A stretch of 64,000 nucleotides of DNA from an uncultured Methylococcaceae bacterium (GTDB lineage: Bacteria; Pseudomonadota; Gammaproteobacteria; Methylococcales; UBA1147): contig CAZUGA010000001.1 in the NCBI GenBank assembly GCA_964619885.1, positions 64,516-128,515 of the forward strand, given 5' to 3'. The translations under genes were made by a program, and so were the position numbers. This document shows positions 58,658 through 64,000 of this stretch, piece after piece (positions within the stretch are counted from its first letter, which is position 1; every line of letters starts with the position of its first letter). The notes below the pieces were generated by a model that was not told the DNA's origin, ran no database searches, and was given only the letters and a program-made list of their open reading frames with translations.

Positions 58658-59845
58658 TTAGCGTGGAATAATTTTGTAAAAGACCTGGTTTTTAACCATA
58701 TACCAAATGGCCAAAATGCTGCCTATGTGGACTAGCGTGTTCAGATAAAAATTATCGTATGAAGGGATAGGTGTATTGCTGACCAACAACACGAAATAGA
58801 CGTGCACGATAAACACATATAGCGAAGCCTGACCCAGGGGGATTAACAGCCAGCCCAGCGTCTTATTGAATACTGACCAGTAGTGGGTTAGTAAACTGTA
58901 GGCCACGATATACAGCGCCAGATTGTTGACAATCCGGCCTATACCCAGCTTGTTTTTTTGGAAAGCCAATTCGTACAGGGCCTGAAACAATCCGGGGTCG
59001 ATAATCGAAAGTTGAGGCCATGGCCAAAAATTGGTGCTGGGGTTATTAAAGGCCATAAAGGTAAACCACAAACTTAGCACTACCGCCACCGTCAAGAAAA
59101 ATCGGGTCTTATAATCACTGAAGTAGTCGGTGATCGCATCACGGTAAAACCCTGCCGCCATGCAGTTAAAAAACAATAGTTGCCAGGTAAGAATTGGGAA
59201 AGCCCATTCAAACCGCGCACCGGTTAATCTGAAATTAATAAATTGATTGATGATATAAAGCCCCCAGCTCAATGCAAGTAACCATCGAGTTTTGCCCTTG
59301 TACATCACATAAAGAGCGGCCGGCGCGCAGCCCATTAACACGACATATAAACCGATGACTTGAAATTGGTGCGGCCCAATTTTTAGTAGCAGAGCTTGAA
59401 TCAATACCTTGTACCATGGAGTTGACGGTGGCGGATACAACGCGTAAGCCGGTGAACGCCCGCCGGGACTCATCCAGTGAGTCACTTCATATACATCGAC
59501 AAATGGTAATAAACCCAACAGCGCGATGCTTAGGATTACCGCAATGTTTACCCGATATAGCTGGAACGCGCGGGCAAGTAATTTTTGTGCGGTGGGTATA
59601 AAACCGTCTTTGTAGAGTTTCTTCCGGTATACGATACCCACGACGAGTCCAGACAATGCAACGAAACCTTCTGCGCTGGATATCAGGCCTATACGCTCCC
59701 ATGCAAACATCGCCAGTAGAGAGAAATATTCCAGGTGGACGGTAATAACAACGAGCATGACCAGGCCGCGGAGAAAATCAATTCTAAGGTCGCGCGCAGA
59801 GCCGTTGTTTGAATATGCAAGAGTGGAAGTTTCAGTCGATACCAT
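58658..59845 (-). CDS. OpgC-family membrane acyltransferase-like protein
   Basis: 395 aa, about 10 TM segments. The N-terminal RDLRIDFLRGLVMLVVI matches the OpgC-domain start. Confidence 0.65.
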   Translation of the reverse strand: MVSTETSTLAYSNNGSARDLRIDFLRGLVMLVVITVHLEYFSLLAMFAWERIGLISSAEGFVALSGLVVGIVYRKKLYKDGFIPTAQKLLARAFQLYRVNIAVILSIALLGLLPFVDVYEVTHWMSPGGRSPAYALYPPPSTPWYKVLIQALLLKIGPHQFQVIGLYVVLMGCAPAALYVMYKGKTRWLLALSWGLYIINQFINFRLTGARFEWAFPILTWQLLFFNCMAAGFYRDAITDYFSDYKTRFFLTVAVVLSLWFTFMAFNNPSTNFWPWPQLSIIDPGLFQALYELAFQKNKLGIGRIVNNLALYIVAYSLLTHYWSVFNKTLGWLLIPLGQASLYVFIVHVYFVLLVSNTPIPSYDNFYLNTLVHIGSILAIWYMVKNQVFYKIIPR

Positions 59846-60153
59846 ATGTGTTATTGACGGTGAGAGGCGGGGGCTAGGTTTATGCTGCTGAATCGATAAA
59901 GCATGAAATCTTGTGCCTGCCGCAAAAGTGCGACAGGCGGGGCCTCGTCGAAGAAATGGGTATTATTGTTTGGCAGTGCGGTTAATTCAAAAAAGTCTTA
60001 TTGTTTTTATATATCGGCTTTCACTCTGCGGGAATATCCCAAGACGGAATATGGGTTTCGATGTCAGCGTGTATTAATACGCTGGTAAGTTTTTATTGGA
60101 AACAAAACTACCCATCCCTGGGCTGTAAATTTGCCATTCAAATAAAGTTGTTC

Positions 60154-62787
60154 TTAGGAAAATTTAGCTTCCGCATCAGCCAATTCTTTCAATTGATCCT
60201 GGATCGGATTCACTACCGGTCGGAATTGGAAGCTAGGAGTCAAGTTCACAATCAATGTTGTCAGCGTCGCGGCGTAGGGGATCGCTTGGACTAGGAGAAC
60301 GGCTATCCAAATTTTTCCTGTTGTATTATTGAAATGCTCCAATGAACCAATCGACACCGCGGCGGAAACCAATAGTATCAGCAGCAGTAATTCCTGCCGA
60401 ATAGTCAGGAGTCCGGCAAGAATTGGGCTGGTTTTTTCGCATTTCGGGGTTCGTAAAAACGGCCGCCCTGAGGTAAACAGGCCGACCCAAATGCCTTTTG
60501 CAACAGTATGGGTCAACGCCAAGCCCGCAATCATTGCGGCAATAGTTTGGCCAATACTACATTTGACGCGGGCTTGATAAAGCCAAAGCGAACGTAGAAT
60601 CTTAAAGCAGAATATCCCGATGGTGGGTAATACAAAAGCCATAACCGGTAATTCACCTTGGGTCGGCTCGATTAGAATTTGCGCTGTTAGGGCTAAGCTG
60701 GCCAATGTGAAAACCAAGGCTAATGCGTCAGAAAACCACGGCAGCCAGCCCGCAATAAAGTAATAGCGTTGTGCTGGTGTTAGATCGGACTTCGCACCAG
60801 AAAGGAATGATCGTCGGTGCCGTTTGAGGATTTGCATTGCACCATAGACCCAACGGAACCGCTGTGTCATATAGCTTGCCAGATTGTCTGGTGTTACGCC
60901 TTGGCCGAATGAGTCCTTCACATATACCGAATCGTAGCCATTGCGGTACAGTCGCAGGCCCAATTCGCTGTCCTCGCAAATACACCATTCGCCCCAGCTT
61001 CCAACTTGTTCCAGCGCGGTTTTGCGGATCATCGTCATCGTGCCGTGCTGGATAATTGCGTTAAAAGCGTTACGTTGGACCATACCCAGCTTAAAAAATC
61101 CGGCGTATTCCCAGTGGCAGAAAGATTTAAACAGGTTTTCTTCGTTGTCCCGATAGTCCTGCGGAGCTTGCACGAATCCGACGTCTGGTTTGTCAAAATA
61201 GGGCACCAGTTGTGACAACCAGCCAGGATTCACCAGATAATCGCTATCGATCACGGCAATGACCTCGGAGTCTTCAGCAGTTTCTTTAAGCCCAAAATTT
61301 AGCGCACCGGCTTTGAAGCCCGGCCAGTTTTCCAAGTGGAAGAATCGAAAATTTCCACCCAATTGGTCGCAGAAATCCCGGACGGGTTGCCACACTGACG
61401 GGTCCGTAGTGTTATTGTCAAGAACCAGTACTTCGAAATTTGGGTAATCCAAATTTGCTAATGCAGATATTGTCTCCCGGACCATTTCGGGCGGCTCGTT
61501 ATGGATTGGCAGGTGAACTGAAACCTTGGGATAAGAAAAGTTCGGGGGCGGGCTCAGTGGGCCGAAGCTTCGCTCATCGTTGCGATGCCACAAGACTTCC
61601 GCAATTTCCATGGATTCTACCAACAATACTAAGATTGCAAGGCCTTGCATCGCAATCAACAATATCCACATGGCTGTACTCAACCCGGTATGGTATTGAT
61701 AAACACCGATTGATGCGGTCCACGCGATCGCGGACGCTGAAGCGTTTGCGACCAACGCAAAGAATACCTTGCCGGGCGTACCTAGTTGGCGTTTACGCAG
61801 CAAGAATAAAATCATAAGTAAGCCACCGATGGCACCGGCAGCAGCGGCCCATGCTTTCCAGGTTGGCATGGCCAGAACTTTGGATTGCATCGGGAATTTG
61901 GCTTGCCGTTCGGCGTTGAATATACCCCAATACGCACCAGACGAGCCTTCAAGCGTGATCTTCCAAGGTTGGTCGAAAGCTTCAACTACGTAATAAATGA
62001 TGTCCATATCCCGGGCACGATTCAAAAATTCACGCAGAAACGTAGCCTGGTTTAGCAACGACGGCTCGGACTGTTTAACCGGCTGTCCACCCGATGGCCA
62101 ACCCGCTTCAGTGATGACTATGGGTTTGTTGGGATAAGCTGTTCGCAGTGCCTGGTAGCGATCGAACGCATAATCGACTGCTTGCTCGATGGGGATGCCT
62201 TCCCAGTAGGGCAGTATGTGCGTCGCAATGAAATCGACTTCTTCGACCAGTTCAGGATTATCCATCCAGATGTGCCAAGGCTCAGAAGTACTGACAGGGC
62301 GCCAGACGCGTTCCCGTACCTGCCGCAGATACTGGATCATTTCGTCAACAGTTACATCCTTGCGCAATATTGCTTCGTTGCCAACCACCGAGCGAACGAC
62401 ATTATTGTGTTTATTACTTAGGATCACCAAATTTTCGATTTCCATCTCGTTGGCGATTTCGTTCGATGAAATCCACGCCCCGGCAGTCACATGGAGGTTG
62501 TATTTCGCGGCAAGCTCCGGTACTAATTCTAATCCATTAGTTACGCTATAAGTCCTTACCGCGTGGGTTTTTCCCTCGAGCAAACTCAGATCGTAATCGA
62601 TTTGCTTTTCGGTGGGGAAGAGGCCTTTTTCGGGATTATGGTCGGGCCTTAGAGGACTGAAAGATACACCCATCATCGGTCCATCCCAGGTCGGTGCTTC
62701 GTGGGGTCTGTTCAGATAGGTCCACACTGCGAAATTGGCAATAATGACCAAAATCAGCGTAGTGATTGGCAACAACTTTTTCCTCAT
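60154..62787 (-). CDS. NdvB-like bifunctional GH17 glucanase/transglycosylase + GT2 beta-glucan synthase
   Basis: 877 aa. N-terminal TM segment, then GH17-like domain (MGVSFSP..., GNEAILR, ITEAGWPS). Then TM segments and GT2 (VLDNNT, DSDY, FCHWEY, QRFRWVYG), followed by C-terminal TM segments. Confidence 0.75.
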   Translation of the reverse strand: MRKKLLPITTLILVIIANFAVWTYLNRPHEAPTWDGPMMGVSFSPLRPDHNPEKGLFPTEKQIDYDLSLLEGKTHAVRTYSVTNGLELVPELAAKYNLHVTAGAWISSNEIANEMEIENLVILSNKHNNVVRSVVGNEAILRKDVTVDEMIQYLRQVRERVWRPVSTSEPWHIWMDNPELVEEVDFIATHILPYWEGIPIEQAVDYAFDRYQALRTAYPNKPIVITEAGWPSGGQPVKQSEPSLLNQATFLREFLNRARDMDIIYYVVEAFDQPWKITLEGSSGAYWGIFNAERQAKFPMQSKVLAMPTWKAWAAAAGAIGGLLMILFLLRKRQLGTPGKVFFALVANASASAIAWTASIGVYQYHTGLSTAMWILLIAMQGLAILVLLVESMEIAEVLWHRNDERSFGPLSPPPNFSYPKVSVHLPIHNEPPEMVRETISALANLDYPNFEVLVLDNNTTDPSVWQPVRDFCDQLGGNFRFFHLENWPGFKAGALNFGLKETAEDSEVIAVIDSDYLVNPGWLSQLVPYFDKPDVGFVQAPQDYRDNEENLFKSFCHWEYAGFFKLGMVQRNAFNAIIQHGTMTMIRKTALEQVGSWGEWCICEDSELGLRLYRNGYDSVYVKDSFGQGVTPDNLASYMTQRFRWVYGAMQILKRHRRSFLSGAKSDLTPAQRYYFIAGWLPWFSDALALVFTLASLALTAQILIEPTQGELPVMAFVLPTIGIFCFKILRSLWLYQARVKCSIGQTIAAMIAGLALTHTVAKGIWVGLFTSGRPFLRTPKCEKTSPILAGLLTIRQELLLLILLVSAAVSIGSLEHFNNTTGKIWIAVLLVQAIPYAATLTTLIVNLTPSFQFRPVVNPIQDQLKELADAEAKFS

Positions 62788-63433
62788 GCCTATAGCTCCA
62801 AATTATTATGTTTATAAAGGCGTCAATTATGAAAGCAAGATTTTTGTGCGTGGGGGCCTGTTTGAGTGCAACCCGAATCTTGAATTCTCCAAACCCGCTT
62901 GGGTTATGGTGGGGCCAACAATCTGCATCCATATTTTATGCGTTCAAATGAATCGCTGCTGCGGCCGTGCCCCTAGCTTTACAGTATGTTCCGTATCGCG
63001 AATTAACAGATTTTTCTGTTGTGGGTTGTCTCCCTAGCGACACCCAGTTGTCTCGTAATATCCTGTGTACCATATATAAGCAATGGGCGTGCCACTATTG
63101 AAATTACTATATGGATAGTATGGTTATACCAGTAACAATTCCATATATTAACCTGGTTTTTGGTAAGATTGTCGTGTATAAGCGACGAAATACCTAAATA
63201 CCCCTACCAGGCCCGAATATTAAGCAGAAGTACTGTCTCTTTGTGGCGACATTCGTCTTTTTAATCCATATAAAAATAATAAATAACAGTGGGTTAACGT
63301 GATAATTTAATTATGTTGCAGTGCAACTAAGCGAATAGATATTTGCCGGTGTGTTTCTGCACTGCGGAACTCAATTATTTGTAATCGTCGAGCATTTATT
63401 TCCGTTCGGTTAGGCTGATGACGCGGCAAATTT

Positions 63434-64000
63434 TTAGCGTGATAAATCGGGTTCGTGGGTGTGTGGCAGCATTGCTTCACGGCTGGCTTCCTTGAGCCTT
63501 TGTGCAGTATTCCAGTGATCTTCCGAATGTTCGCCCGTTGCCCGAACATCGTCAGGGTATATCGGTGCTGTAATCGTAACGTGAATTTTTCCGCGACGGG
63601 GAAACCAGGTATCGGGCCTTAGTATGGACCGGGTACCGCGTATGATTACCGGAACAATGGCTAAATCGGCCTCTACCGCAGTTTTAAAAGCGCCCATATA
63701 AAATGGCAATAACCCGGGAACGCGTGTGAAGGTGCCTTCTGGAAAAATCAATAATGTTTTACCAAGCCGGGCTGTAGTCGTGACTTTATCCGCATCCGCG
63801 ACGCCCTTCAGACGCTCGAAGCGTTCTACGAATACGGTATCCATTCTGCCTAACATCGTGCCAGCGACGAATTGGCCAGATAATTCTCCTTTGGCGACGA
63901 AACTGAATTGAACCGGTAAAGTGAGTAACAGTATGGCCGAGTCAAGGTAGCTACAGTGATTGCTGATTATAATTCTGGTTTGACCATCGTCGGGAAGATT
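63434..64000 (-). CDS. 1-acyl-sn-glycerol-3-phosphate acyltransferase family protein (5' end outside window)
   Basis: The frame stays open upstream of the tracked Met to the window edge, where it encodes SNHCSYLD (H-x4-D). The FPEGTF motif follows downstream. Confidence 0.75.
   Translation of the reverse strand, partial: NLPDDGQTRIIISNHCSYLDSAILLLTLPVQFSFVAKGELSGQFVAGTMLGRMDTVFVERFERLKGVADADKVTTTARLGKTLLIFPEGTFTRVPGLLPFYMGAFKTAVEADLAIVPVIIRGTRSILRPDTWFPRRGKIHVTITAPIYPDDVRATGEHSEDHWNTAQRLKEASREAMLPHTHEPDLSR

Noticed and set aside
63307-63549. 80-aa minus-strand ORF overlapping the 3' end of the plsC-like gene
   Set aside because: It is out of frame with, and largely overlapped by, the acyltransferase gene, which has clear family motifs. 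No independent support.
1-64000. Looked for tRNA, rRNA, tmRNA and CRISPR arrays
   Set aside because: I found no T-loop-like GGTTCGAATCC strings, no rRNA-like conserved blocks, and no regularly spaced direct repeats anywhere. An absence judged by eye is not proof, so tRNAscan/cmscan should confirm it.

Overview
This 64-kb chromosomal window looks like it comes from a gammaproteobacterial methylotroph or methanotroph. That is an inference from gene content only. I count about 50 protein-coding genes and saw no rRNA, tRNA or CRISPR array by eye. Recognisable C1 metabolism: serine-cycle genes (hprA-sgaA divergent from mclA-mtkA-mtkB); a lanthanide-type PQQ methanol dehydrogenase pair (xoxF-xoxJ, with no xoxG or mxaI here); and a two-subunit NAD-linked formate dehydrogenase (NuoE/F-fusion beta subunit plus Cys-type molybdopterin alpha subunit) with lysR, mobA and fdhD nearby. 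Housekeeping genes: tpx, a DEAD-box helicase, the divergent rne/rluC pair, a HAD hydrolase, sppA, htpX, and a partial plsC-like gene at the right edge. There is one decayed, nested IS remnant (ISNCY-like plus IS481-like) bounded by 23-bp inverted repeats. Three regions deserve a second look. (1) 8.36-16.99 kb is an orphan cluster: GT4, UPF0104 flippase-like protein, CDP-alcohol phosphatidyltransferase, two SAM methyltransferases and a Cys-less PTPS/QueD-like protein. It is led by a 1227-aa protein that fuses an apparently circularly permuted cofactor-independent phosphoglycerate mutase to a divergent phosphoglycerate-kinase-like module. (2) 51.4-56.1 kb is a copper operon encoding a SLAC-like two-domain multicopper oxidase and a 612-aa protein. 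The 612-aa protein carries an amicyanin-like type-1 cupredoxin N-terminal to a NosZ-like His-bearing beta-propeller, the reverse of the N2O reductase domain order. A Cys-rich wHTH regulator is divergent from this operon. (3) Two further points: a SoxYZ-like thiol carrier embedded in the xoxF/FDH island, and a phosphorelay whose kinase ATP-binding boxes and whose output GGDEF and EAL motifs all look degenerate. All domain calls come from reading the translations by eye; no searches were run.
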